64,000 bases of DNA from Eledone cirrhosa (GCA_964016885.1 OZ024745.1:70742001-70806000), one strand, 5' to 3'; counted from the first letter of the stretch, positions 44,381 to 61,276 are shown. A program made the numbers and translations. Notes: generated by a model not told the origin, from the letters alone.

Positions 44381-45049
44381 TATATATATATATATACACA
44401 TATGCATACATATATATATTTATATATATATATATTCAGAGAGAGACAGACGGGACAGACAAATAGAGAGAGAGAGAGGGGATGGGGATGGGAAAGAGAA
44501 AGAAATAGAGTTATAAAGTGAGTATGTGTTGTGAGAGAAAGAGAGTGAGGAGAGATGAAACGGCAGCAGTGTGAACAATGTGACTAGGGTGGTGTCACTA
44601 TCTTCCACACTGTTTGCCTTCCGTCAAATCCTCCCCATGTCGAATGACACATACGTTGAACAGGTACCAGTATCAAATAACACCTTTGAAGCTCTCTCTA
44701 GATCGAAAAGAAAGACACCCCCCCCCTCTCTCTCTCTCTCTCCCTCTCTCTCTCTTTCGCGTTCTCCTCTCTCTTTCACTCTCTCTCTCTCTCTCTCTCA
44801 CACGCTCTCTCTCTCTCCGAGATTCAGTTTCGGTTTTCTTATTCCATCCACTGTTCTAGATCTTATATTTTCTCTTTCCACCAATCAATCGTCTCCTCCC
44901 TTCACTCCGCTGATCACACAGAGTATCCTGCTTCACACTTCCTCCATGTATTAAGTTCATAAGATTACTTAGCGTTGAATTGGCCCCCATATGTACACTC
45001 CACTCATATCTGTCTGTCTCTTTCTTCACTCTCCTTCTCTCTCTCTCTA

Positions 45050-45089
<40 letters not shown>

Positions 45090-45155
45090 AGTGGGGTGTA
45101 TGTGTACATGTGTGTGTACAATAGCGTATGTGCATATGCATGTTTGCTTTTTCTA

Positions 45156-45188
<33 letters not shown>

Positions 45189-45397
45189 GATTTCTTTATT
45201 GGCCACAAGGGCTGACATCAAGAAAAACATTACAGACGGCACAGGACGGTAAGATGTGGGTAATAATAATAATAATGAGATGTGAAGACTAAAATCCGAA
45301 GAGGGCTCGATAAGGATAATATATATATATATAAAAATATATAAAACCATAGAGCAAATATTTATTAAAATGACAGATTAAAGTTTAAGCAAAGAAT

Positions 45398-45454
45398 CGC
45401 TGCTTTCACCCTCAACGGGATCATCAGAAGATCCCGTTGAGGGTGAAAGCAGCG
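45398..45454. repeat. Perfect 25-bp hairpin formed by two overlapping hammerhead-like halves
   Basis: cgctgctttcaccctcaacgggatc atcagaa gatcccgttgagggtgaaagcagcg; minus strand CTGATGA-T CCC gttga GGG T-GAAA. Confidence 0.85.
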
Positions 45455-45927
45455 GTTTTTTTGAAGCAACCACTCAATTGTCATGTTGTGAAATGTCAAT
45501 GTGTGATCACCCTTATATTTGTAATATATTGGTAGTTTATTTGATATATACACAATGTACGCTATCCGCTCCTCACTTAACAAACACTACACCCCATTCC
45601 TTCCTTCAGATAAAATCATATGAAGTTTGAAATTTCTTCACTGGAAACCCATATGAGAATCATTACGTCAGCGGAATTTGAACGTAAAGGGAGATAACTA
45701 CTTTGCATAAAGTAAATGTTTGGCGCCTCATAGATTCTGCTAGAACCATACTACAAATTACATTTGTTCAGATGAAGTTGATCTGCTAAAGAAAACAACT
45801 AATTCCATCATCAAATCACTCTTGTGAAAGCGCTTGAAGCCACTTACTCCAATATATAACATAACCCTCCGTCGCATATATAATATATAATATGCATATG
45901 ACATTCTGTGTATATAAATTTGAATAT

Positions 45928-46009
<82 letters not shown>

Positions 46010-46066
46010 CACATATGCCTATATATATATATTGAGAGCGAGAGAGAGAGAAATGTATATATGTAC

Positions 46067-46149
<83 letters not shown>

Positions 46150-46442
46150 AATATATATATCTGTATGTCTATATATATATATATAGCTGTATGTCTATTT
46201 GTATATATGCATATATATATGTGAATATATATGCATATATATGTGTATGTCTGTGTTTACACACTCACATATATGTATATATATAAGTGTATGTATATAT
46301 ATATATATATATGCAAAAGTTCTATTTAAATTGTTGGGATACAACAAGCAAATATTTTTTATAACTGATATAAAGCACTCGACAAATATTTGGAGTAAAT
46401 ATACGATATTAACAAATGGAAACTATATTTATAAAACCATAT

Positions 46443-46508
46443 TTATTTTATTATACATATTTCAAGGATACTATGTTAAATTATGCTATGCTTTCATCAG
46501 ACAAAATA
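46443..46508 (-). ncRNA. Type-I hammerhead ribozyme, minus-arm copy
   Basis: TATTTTGT-CTGATGA-AAG...CTT-GAAA-TATGTA-TA-ATAAAATA. Confidence 0.7.
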
Positions 46509-46641
46509 CAATATATACCAGTTTTATAAATAAATATTGACGTACCCTTTCAAAATGCAAACCGTTCAGGATGTCTTCCAAAAGTAACGGTTGCATTTGA
46601 AAGGGTATGTCAATATTTATTTATAAAACTGGTATATATTG

Positions 46642-46707
46642 TATTTTGTCTGATGAAAGGCATACCATAATTTGACATGGTATCCTTGAAATATGTATAA
46701 TAAAATA
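46642..46707 (+). ncRNA. Type-I hammerhead ribozyme
   Basis: TATTTTGT-CTGATGA-AAGG c ATACCAT aatttgac ATGGTAT CCTT-GAAA-TATGTA-TA-ATAAAATA: 8-bp stem I, 11-bp stem II. Confidence 0.8.
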
Positions 46708-46746
46708 GATATGGTTTTATAAATATAGTTTCCATTTGTTAATATC

Positions 46747-46836
<90 letters not shown>

Positions 46837-46837
46837 G

Positions 46838-46952
<115 letters not shown>

Positions 46953-46958
46953 TATATA

Positions 46959-47003
<45 letters not shown>

Positions 47004-47004
47004 G

Positions 47005-47125
<121 letters not shown>

Positions 47126-47135
47126 GTATATATAT

Positions 47136-47169
<34 letters not shown>

Positions 47170-47173
47170 ATAA

Positions 47174-47242
<69 letters not shown>

Positions 47243-47564
47243 CATATATATATATAGAGAGAGAGAGAGGGGAAGAGAGACTGTCTATGTATGTATGTTT
47301 GTATATGAGTGTGTGTCTGAGTGTGTAACCTGTCTGATCATGTAAGCATGTCAAAACCTACGACATCTCAAAGTATTGTCTTACTCTCCATTTCTGCTTA
47401 TTATTTTCAGTCTGCCTTCCTTCATATGACTTTTAATATTTCCTCTGTATTTTTTTTTTGTTTTTGGTTTTTCGTGTTTTTTGTACATTTGCGGATTATT
47501 TTCTGGCCTTTTTTGGAGGTGTGCGGGTGTGGGGTGTGTGGGGGATTTGCACTTACAATTTCCC

Positions 47565-49340
<1,776 letters not shown>

Positions 49341-49989
49341 GGTTTGTATAAAGGGATTCATTCCTTTGCCTCAAATTAGAATACACCGCCTAAGCGGGGC
49401 TTACCTCCCTTGGAGAAAACCACGTGTCTGTGGAGACTTTTAAAGTTACAACATACCCGCTTTGGCTAAGAACGAAAGACTTGCTGAAGAAGTAAATCCT
49501 ATCTTCTGTCGTCAAAAACCATTATATTGCAGACTCCTGCAATAGGAATTTGTCGATCTTGGATTTGCAGAAACTTAGCGCTGATGTTGGATGTGATATT
49601 GTGATCTATATTGTGGATATACGATATAAGTTATATATTTTACACTCAGCCTCACTGTTATGTCCGGGTCAGTATAACATCTTTTCCTGGGTTCTGTATT
49701 TTCGTTGCTCTGGTAATGCGGTTGGACTGCCGACTTCTATATCTGATTTGCTAAGCTGTCTGAACGTAATGTTATTACTCTGGGGTCTTACCTCATCCGA
49801 GTGCTAAAGCTACAGACCGATTATGCATATACGCTAGCTTGGCCGTATACTAAAGCTTCGTCAATGCTGTACTAAAATTTATATATATATATATTCCCCA
49901 AAATACTATCGTTCTTTTGCTCAAAATTGTGCCTCCGTCCTCTTCTCACGCTCTATCTTTCTATTCAATCTCTTATTTCTCATGCCATC

Positions 49990-50022
49990 TTTTGGAGAAG
50001 GACTAGTGTCCGAAACGTGAAA
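49990..50022 (+). ncRNA. Decayed minimal hammerhead (U3-A8 type)
   Basis: TTT-TgGAGAA-GGAC tagt GTCC-GAAA-CG-Tg-AAA; U4 and H17 are mutated. Confidence 0.5.
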
Positions 50023-50184
50023 CTAATATATTTCTTTATTCTACTGTATTGTTTGCTTTGTTATTTCCGTTTACACTTTCCACACACACACAGAGAGAGA
50101 TATATATAGCTGTTGAAACTGTCGGAGCTCAGCCGTCGGGTCATGAGTCTTTTCCTATATATATAGTGACACTAAGAAATAATG

Positions 50185-50372
50185 GGTGGATTGGCAGCAT
50201 CGGTAGAGGGTCGGACACCATGCTTTCCAGTATAGAGTTACGGCCCTTTGTGGTCTGAGTTCAAATCCCGCCGAGGTTAACTTTGCCTTTCATCTTTACA
50301 GGGTCGATAAATTAAAGTACCAGTAATGTACTGGTTAATTGCTGGCCTGGTGCCAAAAGTAGAAACAATTAT
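50185..50372 (+). mobile_element. tRNA-derived SINE family A, full length
   Basis: ggtggattggcagcatcggtagaggg...gagttcaaatcccgccgagg...tgccaaaagtagaaacaattat. Confidence 0.9.
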
Positions 50373-50432
50373 AATGATAACTATATTCATTGAAGGGTGT
50401 ATGATTGTTTTTATGTATGCATAGGTGTGTGC

Positions 50433-50557
<125 letters not shown>

Positions 50558-50982
50558 TGCATATGGCAGTACATATGTATATGCATATTTGGGTGTGTAT
50601 GTGTTCCTGTTGGGGTGGTTGTGTATATATGCATGTGTTATTGTATTTGCATGTACATGTGTCTGTGTATGTGTGTGTGTATATGTGTACGTGCGTGTGT
50701 GTTTGTACGTGCGTGTGTGTCTGTTAATTGTTAGCTGTGATGGGACAACATGAACATTAAGTCTCCAAGCCAGTTGTGCAAATAATTGGTTGGAAATACG
50801 GAGACAAATATCTATCTCATATTCTTATCATGTCAGAAGATTGCCGGATTTCTCTTACTTTTCTCTTACCCACTCAGGCAAAAAGGATAGAATCTCCTAC
50901 CGAGATATAAACACTTACAGAAGGCGAAAATATAATTAAAGAGATGGTGTTTAGCACTGAGTCAGCCGAGATCTTGGGACCT

Positions 50983-51172
50983 GACCTGCCAACTCTCCCC
51001 ATCCAACGAGGAGATCTCCCACCCACTTTGGAGTGGATGAGAGATGTCCTCTCTTGTGAAAATGGGTATAGTTTTCATTCTGTAAAACTCCCCATTTTGC
51101 CTCATTTCTCCCCGTTTTTGGTCACATTTTTTCATGGTACTCCCCGTTTTGGTTTTTAGAGGCTGGCAGGTC
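50983..51172. mobile_element. MITE-like DNA transposon derivative
   Basis: Terminal inverted repeats gacctgccaac / gctggcaggtc; internal ctccc subrepeats; no TSD identified. Confidence 0.6.
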
Positions 51173-52059
51173 TTCTATACAATGCGCCCATTCTTCGAAT
51201 GATGGGATATGATTTGAAGTAGATTTAGTTGCTAATTCTAGTAGATCGCCTGACTACATAGAGCTTCATCCTTAGCTCAATTCTGTTTGGGTGTATCCTC
51301 TTGTATCCTGTTTAGGCGTTGTTGTAATCAACTCAGTCACTATGTCTGCCAAATGCTTTTACATTCATTTGTATGTCTATGGACAAGCAGATTGAAATCT
51401 TTCCGGAATAATCCCAACCTAACATTTACCCCTAACTACCAATTGGTTTGCCATTTTATACTTGATCTTCCACCACCACCACCACCTCACGATTTATCGA
51501 TTACCTTGAACAAACTGACATAGGTTGTTGATCCATGGATCCACCATTGCAAAGAGAAAACATCAATTGCCCTGTCTTACATCTAAATATCAGACCTTTG
51601 CTATAGCAATACCAATCCCCAAATAGTTATCTCTTTGCTTCTCCGATATCTTTGAAATAACGTTGGCTCTGTCCGAAAAGTAAATATTTTCCTTTAGATA
51701 TATTTTCTGCAAATATGTAGATTTGATTCTATGTCTAATTTTGGTATCTGACGTACTTCAGTGAACACAGCTACATCTGATGTACACTCAAGGAAGAACA
51801 ATGATATGTATGTTGCATTTATGTATGTATGTATATACATATATATAAATACACACACACACACACATACGCACACACACATACATATATATATAAATAT
51901 ATATATATGTGTGTGTGTGAGAGAGAGAGAGGGGGAGAGAGAGAGAGAGACAGAGAGAGTTTGTGTGCGCGTGTATGAATATAGAGGTGTATATATATAT
52001 ATATGTATATATACATTAACATATATTATATATACATATGATATATACACACAAACATA

Positions 52060-52155
<96 letters not shown>

Positions 52156-52214
52156 TATATATGGGTGCATATAACTACATATTTACATATTTATTATTAT
52201 ATATATAAATATAA

Positions 52215-52407
52215 GGCGGTGGATTGGCAGTATCGATAGAGGTTCCGACGCCAAGCTTTCCAGCATAGTTACGTCCCTTTACGATCTGAGTTCAAATCCC
52301 GCCGAGGTTGACTTTGTCTTTCATCCTTACGGGGTCGATAAAATAAAGTACCAGTAATGCATGCACTGGGTAATTGCTGGCCTTGTGCCAAAAGTAGAAA
52401 TAATTAT
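52215..52407 (+). mobile_element. tRNA-derived SINE family A, full length
   Basis: Near-identical to 27844-28031. Confidence 0.9.
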
Positions 52408-53001
52408 ATATATATAAATATATGTGTGTATGTATGTGTGTGTGTGGAGGGATATTAAGTAGGTACACTAGCTGTAGATGGTAGTGTGGCTTTGAAATCT
52501 ACATTACGGCACCATTTATTGGATATCACGATGTTAAACAGATGTCCCCTATTCCTCTCTCCATCCTTTCTTATAATCTGGCCAACAGTCAATATTGGTG
52601 TAGGATGTAAAATCTTTGCAACATAGAGATCAGTTATGACTTGACGTGTACGCATTAGTCATTCCTTTCAAGCAAACACGTTCAGACATAAATAATAGAG
52701 AATATGTAAATAGAAATAAGAAATCTTGTCATAGTCATAAACACTTATAAACACATATGTGCATACACACACACACACACTCACACATATATACACACTC
52801 ACGCACATATATATATATATATATATACAGACATACAGACATATGAATACACAGTTACGTAAATATGTATATATATATATAAAGTATATAAAGAGAGGGG
52901 TAGAGGGAGATGTGTGTATGTGCTTGTATACAGTGTATGTATGTAATCATACATGCATACAAGCATTCGATCTCAAATATATTTGAGTTGTATAGATATA
53001 T

Positions 53002-53117
<116 letters not shown>

Positions 53118-53419
53118 TTGTCAATATCTACAGTCGTTTGAGATGGGGCTCTGTAAACACGAGATAAATTCGACAGGAATTGAGATCGTGAAACACCGTT
53201 GCTACTTGTTTTAAAGTAACTCGATTTTAGGTGCGTATGTATGTATGTTTGTATGTTTGTATATTTGTATGTATGTATGTGTGTATGAATGTATGTTTGT
53301 ATTTATGTAGGTATGTATGTTTTTATGAATGTATATATGTATGTATTTATGTATGTATGTTTGTATTCACGTATGTATGTTTGTATGTATACTTGAATGA
53401 ATATTTATCTGTGTATGTT

Positions 53420-53465
<46 letters not shown>

Positions 53466-53493
53466 AACATATATATATATATATATATATACA

Positions 53494-53549
<56 letters not shown>

Positions 53550-54289
53550 TATGTATATATCTTTGTATGTATGTATATATGTATAATCAAGTATGTCCTT
53601 GATGAAGACATGCGCCTGATATTGGGTTCTTGTAAGAAATAAATCAATATCTATACAAGGTTAATATTGCATTTTGTCAATAACTGTACATACTGCATGT
53701 TAAAGTATTGGTGATATAATATAATAAAGAACCCAATGCTGGATAGAATTATTGGTGATTCCTATTTTCGAACTAATACCCACAGTAAATCAAGCGAATG
53801 TGTTTTTTCACCCACGTCATATAACTATCTGAAAAGACCGAATCATTACGTCATATACCCATTTACAGTTCATGAAAAAGCTATTACGTAACACTTTACC
53901 TTATTGTGTATCGATATCATTGGTTTCGTTTGAGAAGATACACGCCACGACATTTTTCTCATGAGATAGAATGTAATCGATTAAATAGAACCCATATGTT
54001 GCCCATTTTATTCATCAATGACAAACAAATGTTGACATCGAGAGTATCTGAACTTTTTGAAATGAAGCTCTATAGATAATTTAGTTCGGTGATCTATTTA
54101 GTGCGTCGAACAAAATTCTTCGCGGTATTTAGTTACATCTTAACTTTATATCCCGTTGAAATAAAATTTGTTGCTGGATAAGTAAAGTAATAGTCCAGTA
54201 CTTGGGTCAGTCATTTTTGAAGAAGAAATAATGGTTTCCTTCTTAGACAAACAGGGCGTACGTTATAAAAACATTAATGACGGCACGAG

Positions 54290-54388
54290 ACAGTACAAGA
54301 TGGCACAGGATGGCACAGGATGGTACAGGATGGCACAGGATGGCACAGGATGGTACAGGATGGTACATGACGACATGGGACGGTACAA
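54290..54388. repeat. 10-bp tandem repeat (ggatgg(c/t)aca)n
   Basis: Directly visible, about 7 good units plus degenerate flanks. Confidence 0.95.
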
Positions 54389-54696
54389 TGTGGGTAGTGA
54401 CGTGTAAAAAGCTTTAACAGAAACAAAAACATGTTAAAATTTCAAAGAAAATAAATTTCCATCAGAGGGCTACACATGGAGAAAGCCCCCTAAAGCCACG
54501 GTATTAAAGAATATTATTAGTTGAGCTGTTTACTGTATTTAATCACTATAAATATTTTACTTTCTCAATTGTTGTAATATTTCAGAAGTATTCCTACCTA
54601 TAACCACGAAAACATTATCGTAGACCCATGGCATAAGATTTCAGTTTGCAATGTTATGGTTCATTCTCAGAATTGACATATAATCATGCGTACATA

Positions 54697-54997
54697 GCCT
54701 AGCCGAATGGTTAAGTTCTTTGCTTCACAATCAATATGTTTCGTGTTCAATTGTATTACATGGCACTATGTGCAAATATAATTTGCGTACATGTAAACTG
54801 CTCGGTATCCCATCGGATAAATTGTGTCTGTAATTCAAAGCTCCAGCCTTGTCATTTACTCTACCACGCTGAATCTCCCTGAGAATTATGTTAAAAGTAC
54901 TCATGTTTGTAAAATGCTCAATAACGTTAATTTCAAGAGCAGGTTGTCCCGTTGATCGATCAACTGGAACAATCATCATTAAAACCGATGATGGTCC
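54697..54997 (+). mobile_element. Diverged tRNA-SINE with long body
   Basis: tagccgaatggttaag head; ccagccttgtca...cacgctgaatctccctgagaatta...gttgatcgatcaactggaac. Confidence 0.75.
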
Positions 54998-55449
54998 CTT
55001 CGTAAAATCCACTGTATCAATCATATAGTTAAGTGTAATCAGCGTCATTAGTTACTGGAATTCGTCAATGACTTCCACTCTAATAGATTGATTGGCAACG
55101 TTTTCATTTCTAATGTCCCACTATATAAGCATTCTTCGTGGAAACCGTTTTTCTAATTGTGTTAGTTCTCTTCACGGTCGACAAAACATTTGCCAAACTA
55201 AGGAATTCTCCAGCAACATCACTTAACTTCATTTGTTAACGTCTATTGCTTGCAGTCATCAAGTCAGAGGCAGAAACCAACTCAACCATGATGGAGTTTG
55301 GGTGAAGCGAATGGATCATACAGCAAGTAGGAGATCGTAATCGCGAAAATTTCATTAAATAAATTTACAAGCTGAAAAAGATATGATTTAATAATTACAT
55401 ACGCACAACCGTTTATAGTGATTCAAATACACGCATAAACACAAGTACA

Positions 55450-55662
<213 letters not shown>

Positions 55663-55867
55663 ATGGTCGTTCAAACGAAAATGGATGTAATAATTAGGAA
55701 AATCCGATAAATTACCCCTGGAGACGGAAATAGCGGATAGAGACGTCTGCTAGAAATAGATCAACGCATCTCACAGATGGCAGACTTTTCAGACTTTTGA
55801 GTTAACCATTAAGCTAAGGGGACGCTCGTCTCCAGTTGTCGCCTTTTATAAATCCTGTCAAGGAAGC

Positions 55868-56325
55868 CTTGGAGTAGGTACAGAAGCTCAAGTATCTCGG
55901 GGCCGTGAATTAAGTGCAAGAATTGCAGGAGCTGGTGCATTCGGCATTCAGAAGAGAGATAAGCGTAAAAGCCAAACCCGCTATCTTCAATTCGGTATTC
56001 GTACCAACTCTTACCTATGGTCATGAATCTTGGGTAATGACCGAAAGAATATGATCGCGAATACAAGCGACCGAAATGGGGTTCTTCAGAATAGTCTTTG
56101 GAGTAACGTTACTCGATAAAATGCGTAGCTCGAAGATCAGAGAGTCACTCCTGGCAGAGCTTCTACTTCTTCAAATTAAGAGGTCACAGCTGAGATACTA
56201 TGGGTGTGTGGTTAGAATGTCTCAGGAAAGAATCGCTGAACAGATTTTATGAGCAAAACCAACCGGCAGGAGACCAAGGGGTAGACCCGACCAAGATGGT
56301 TGGATAAAATCCATGAGCTTAGCTG
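55868..56325 (+). mobile_element. RTE-clade LINE fragment, Rex3/Expander-like, pseudogenised
   Basis: LE*VQKLKYLG then KAKPAIFNSVFVPTLTYGHESWVMTERI*SRIQATEMGFFR...RSQLRYYGCVVRM...PTGRRPRGRP. Confidence 0.85.
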
Positions 56326-57469
56326 GAGGAGGAGGGGGGGAGAATAAATGTATAAATGCTCTGTATATGATTATTATGGCAACATTTATTTATGTTGCCT
56401 TTAAGAACCGTTATGTTTAAGCATCCTAGGGAGCATTATATTTTTTTCTAATGGCAAGAGTTACATTATTATATAAAATGAAACACCGCGACATACGTTG
56501 GTAGGTTCTTCTAATAATCACCACCACTAGAGAAGATTTAATATGTGCCTGATTGTAATCCTCTTTTTTTTAATGCAAAGTATCTCTTTGTTCGTCTGTG
56601 AATGAGTGTGTCAGAAGAAGTCTTGAAAATCTAGCTTGGAGGTGAAATTTGTTGAAAAGTCTATTGAAAAAAATAACTCAATAGACAAAATGTAACACAT
56701 ATTTCTGTAGAAATATCTTCATGTCCCGAAGCAGTTATTCAATACAGCAACAACACATTAGCGCTATTGGAATTGAAATGTGTTGACTGAAGGAGCTCAT
56801 GTACCGAGCTGTTTGGTCACTAGTGATGTACTGAATTTTAAACTACGATATGAGGTCAGTGAATAGTAGATTAGGCAGAATATTGGAGAAAAAAAACAAA
56901 TGTTATACAAATGGTTGTATTATTCTGAAGACGTCGCATTAATAGACTAACGCTATTCTTTGTTGTCCGTTCGAATGAGACCCCAGTCGTTGTAGTAGTT
57001 CGGATATTAATATAGATGACGGATGGAGGAGATGTTCGATATATCAATAGGATTTTTAACAAAATAGAACATTCTAGAAGACTGGATATCTATCTAACCG
57101 ATATGGTGTGACGAGAATCAATTCATTAAAACGTTTTATTATTAATGGAAGAGATCTAAATTGAAAGGAATATTAATGGATTAAGCAAACGTATGAAAAG
57201 TATATGAGTTACAAGTGGTGGTATGTAATATAAGCAGAAGCTAAATGAAGGTAAAAGGTATTTATGGAACTAGTATTAAAAGACAGTTACGTAGGCAAGT
57301 ATTTGAAGACCGGATATTAAGCCATGAGTGCGAATCAAAGAAAATGTGATATTCAAAAGGACTTTCTATTAATACCAGAAAGAAGACAAAACCAGCAATG
57401 ATATATAGATGTGTCGCTAGTTGACACAGTTCCGGCAGAAAGAACTATATATAACTATATATATATATG

Positions 57470-57558
<89 letters not shown>

Positions 57559-57564
57559 TATATA

Positions 57565-57615
<51 letters not shown>

Positions 57616-57864
57616 TTATATATATTTATATACATATACATCTATATATATACATATGCATATATACATATATATACATATATATATACATATACATATA
57701 TATATATACATATGCATATATATACACACATACACACACACACACATATACACACACACATATATACATATATATATACACATATATATATATGTATATA
57801 TATGTATGTATATATATGTATATATATATATGTATGTATATATATGTATATATATATATATTTG

Positions 57865-57895
<31 letters not shown>

Positions 57896-57976
57896 ATATG
57901 TATATATATATATGTGTGTATATGTATATATATATATGTGTGTGTGTGTGTATATATATATATGCATATATATATG

Positions 57977-58097
<121 letters not shown>

Positions 58098-58098
58098 G

Positions 58099-58134
<36 letters not shown>

Positions 58135-58143
58135 TATGTATAC

Positions 58144-58224
<81 letters not shown>

Positions 58225-58225
58225 C

Positions 58226-58334
<109 letters not shown>

Positions 58335-58542
58335 TACGTGTGTTCGTGTCGTGTGTGTGTATGCAGTATAGACTGTCTGCGAAACAGAATGGTTAATATT
58401 TCTGTTCTTATATGTTATAGTATTTCAGATATTAAGGTGTAAAGGAAAAATGTTGATTGCTAGATAACTTGGCACATAGTTCTATATAATGTTTCCAAAT
58501 GATTGTTTTAGCATGAACTGGTGAAAGTTTCTAAAAATGTAT

Positions 58543-58875
58543 GGAGGCAAAATGGCCCAATGCATACGAAGCTAGATTGTCAATCATGAGGCTCCGATTT
58601 CGATACTATTACGTGGCATCTTGTACAAACGTCTTTCACCATAGCTAGAGTTTGACCCAAGTTTTGGAAATGAAATTGAATAGACAAGAATTAATTCGAT
58701 GGACTGTGCCAGTAAGTCAAAAGGCCAGCCTTGTCACGCAGTGGGACTCACTAAATCTTCTTGATACTTATGTTTAGACTACAACTATATGCAGAATACT
58801 CCGTTAATTATACGTTCCTTTAACGAAGAGGCCATTCTATTAACTGAGTAACCGGAACCCTCACCCTAGAAGCTG
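58543..58875 (+). mobile_element. Diverged tRNA-SINE with long body
   Basis: ggaggcaaaatggcccaatg head; aaaggccagccttgtcac body. Confidence 0.55.
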
Positions 58876-59182
58876 ACGAATGTCATTTTATCAAAATATA
58901 CAAATAGTACACAGTAAATGGTAAATAAAATAGTGTTTAAAATTATTTCACTATCGCAGCTCTTTGTGCCACTTCTCGTACTGTGTGTGTCTGTTTCTGC
59001 CTCTCTGTCTCCTTTCTTTCTCTCTTATATATGGGAGACAGTGGAAGAGATTAGGAGAGTGATAGTTACTATAGAAATTCAACTGATGTCGCACTTCTAA
59101 TTAAAGCCAACGCGGACCATCACCAAGATTTTTATATTTTACTGAACCCGGGTAGTCAGCGAATTGGTATAGTCTTTAAAAC

Positions 59183-59325
59183 ATAATTGTTTCTACTTTT
59201 GGCACAAGGCCAGCAATTACCCAGTACATGACTGGTACTTTATTTTATCGACCCCGTAAGGATGAAAGGCAAAGATAACCTCGGCGGGATTTGAACTCAG
59301 AATGGAAAGGGCCGTAACTCTATGC
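59183..59325 (-). mobile_element. SINE family A lacking the head
   Basis: ataattgtttctacttttggcacaaggccagc...cggcgggatttgaactcag. Confidence 0.85.
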
Positions 59326-59584
59326 AGTAACTCTTTAAAACATAATACTTCGATGTTTTGTTTCAGTTCTCTGCGCTTTAAGTTTCAAATTCCACCGATG
59401 TGAACTTTGATTGTCATCGTTTCAACATCGATAAATAAAGTACGAATACAGAACAGGAATCGATCCTTCCTCCCCCCTCCCCATGCCCCCCCCCCCCCTC
59501 CACCTCACTCTTTTCTCTTTCTTTTCGCATGGAAGTAATTGTCTGGGCTTAGAACTAGAGAGCGAATCCCTCATTCAGGTTTAA

Positions 59585-59695
59585 ACTATCATCATCATCA
59601 TCATTATCATCATCAACATCATCATCATGTTCATTAATATGCTCATTGTCATCGTCATCGTCATCGTCGTTGTCATCATCATCATCATCATCATG

Positions 59696-59727
<32 letters not shown>

Positions 59728-60055
59728 GTTCATTAATATGCTCATTGTCATCGTAATCGTCGTTGTCATCATTATCATCATCGTCATCAACAACATCAAC
59801 GTCATCACTATTATCAACAGAATTATTATTTTCATCATCATCATTGACAACTTCAACTTTGTCGTCATCATCATCAATATCCCCATCCCCATCCCCATCC
59901 CCATCCCCATCCCCATCGTCATCACCATCGTCATCACTATCGTCATCACCATCAGCAGCAACAATAGCAGAGGCAAGTTTATTATACGGATCATGTTTAT
60001 CGACATATTAATACCACCTCACACTACCACCATCCCTACTGCCAATGCTGTCACT

Positions 60056-60090
<35 letters not shown>

Positions 60091-60228
60091 TTACTACTAC
60101 TACTACTACTGATGATGATGATGATGATACTACTGCTACTACTGCTAATCCTACTGCAGTGGCTGCTGTAACTTCTTCTACTGCTGCTACTGCTGCTTCT
60201 TCTGCTGCTCCTGCTGCTGCTGCTGCTG

Positions 60229-60274
<46 letters not shown>

Positions 60275-60275
60275 A
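59585..60275. repeat. Compound trinucleotide microsatellite: (CAT)n, (CCCCAT)n, (CTA)n, (CTG)n
   Basis: Directly visible; includes a duplicated gttcattaatatgctcattgtc interruption. Confidence 0.9.
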
Positions 60276-60411
60276 GATAATACTGTTGCCGCGACTACCG
60301 TCCTAATCTATTGTAATCTCAAGAACCATAAACGTCATCATTAGCATTGTATTTATCAACATTTAATTATTTATATAATTATCATCATCATCATCATCAT
60401 CATCACCAAAC

Positions 60412-60480
<69 letters not shown>

Positions 60481-60541
60481 ATAAGTTTGATAGAAATATC
60501 CCATGGTGAGAGCACTCAGTCCATAGGACAAGCTAAATATG

Positions 60542-60714
60542 ATTAGTTACAACAGGTACTTCAGTTTCGTTGGGTTATACACCACAGTTCATACAACCTG
60601 TTATATAAAATAAAAAATAAAAAGAATAAACAAATTTGTATAATAGACTGAATGAGTTGGGGTGTATAACCCAACGAAACTTAAGTACCTTTATATGTCA
60701 CTGTTGTAACTAAT
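60542..60714. mobile_element. Fold-back element with two complementarily decayed hammerhead copies
   Basis: Plus 60648-60690: CTGAATGA-GTTGGG gtgtataa CCCAAC-GAAA-CTTAAG-TA-CCT; minus copy keeps stem I CAGG/CCTG. Confidence 0.75.
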
Positions 60715-60879
60715 TGTGTGTGTATATATATATATTTATTTATTAAAATAACAGATATAATATTTGCTCTACGGTTCTTATATATTTGATATATATTTAT
60801 CCTTATCGAGCCCTCTTTGGATTTTAGTCTTCAAATTTATTATTATTACTATTACTATTATTATTATTATTATTATTAT

Positions 60880-60935
<56 letters not shown>

Positions 60936-60990
60936 ATACTTTAGGAGAGTCATGATGCTGCCAATAAAACACACGCACCACATATATATA

Positions 60991-61040
<50 letters not shown>

Positions 61041-61197
61041 TTTTTTTTTACATAATAAACAACACAATATAATTATTTCATTACCGAAGGTTTCAAGAAA
61101 GATGATTCTTGCAATAAACATCCAGTTCATTACGTAATTAAATAGCTCTGTACAATAAATAGAGCACTCTTTTTTAACGGAAATACTTAACACACAA

Positions 61198-61276
<79 letters not shown>

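Larger units (their letters stand above)
46316..46750. mobile_element. Fold-back element (arms 46401-46566 / 46586-46750) with a hammerhead in each arm
   Basis: Inverted arms of about 165 bp; left arm extends to 46316 in homology with the reverse complement of 2120-2355; (TA)n flanks. Confidence 0.85.

Noticed and set aside
49380-49870. Possible minus-strand CR1/L2 3' remnant (KSKIDKFLLQ)
   Set aside because: Only one short motif; the rest cannot be aligned by eye
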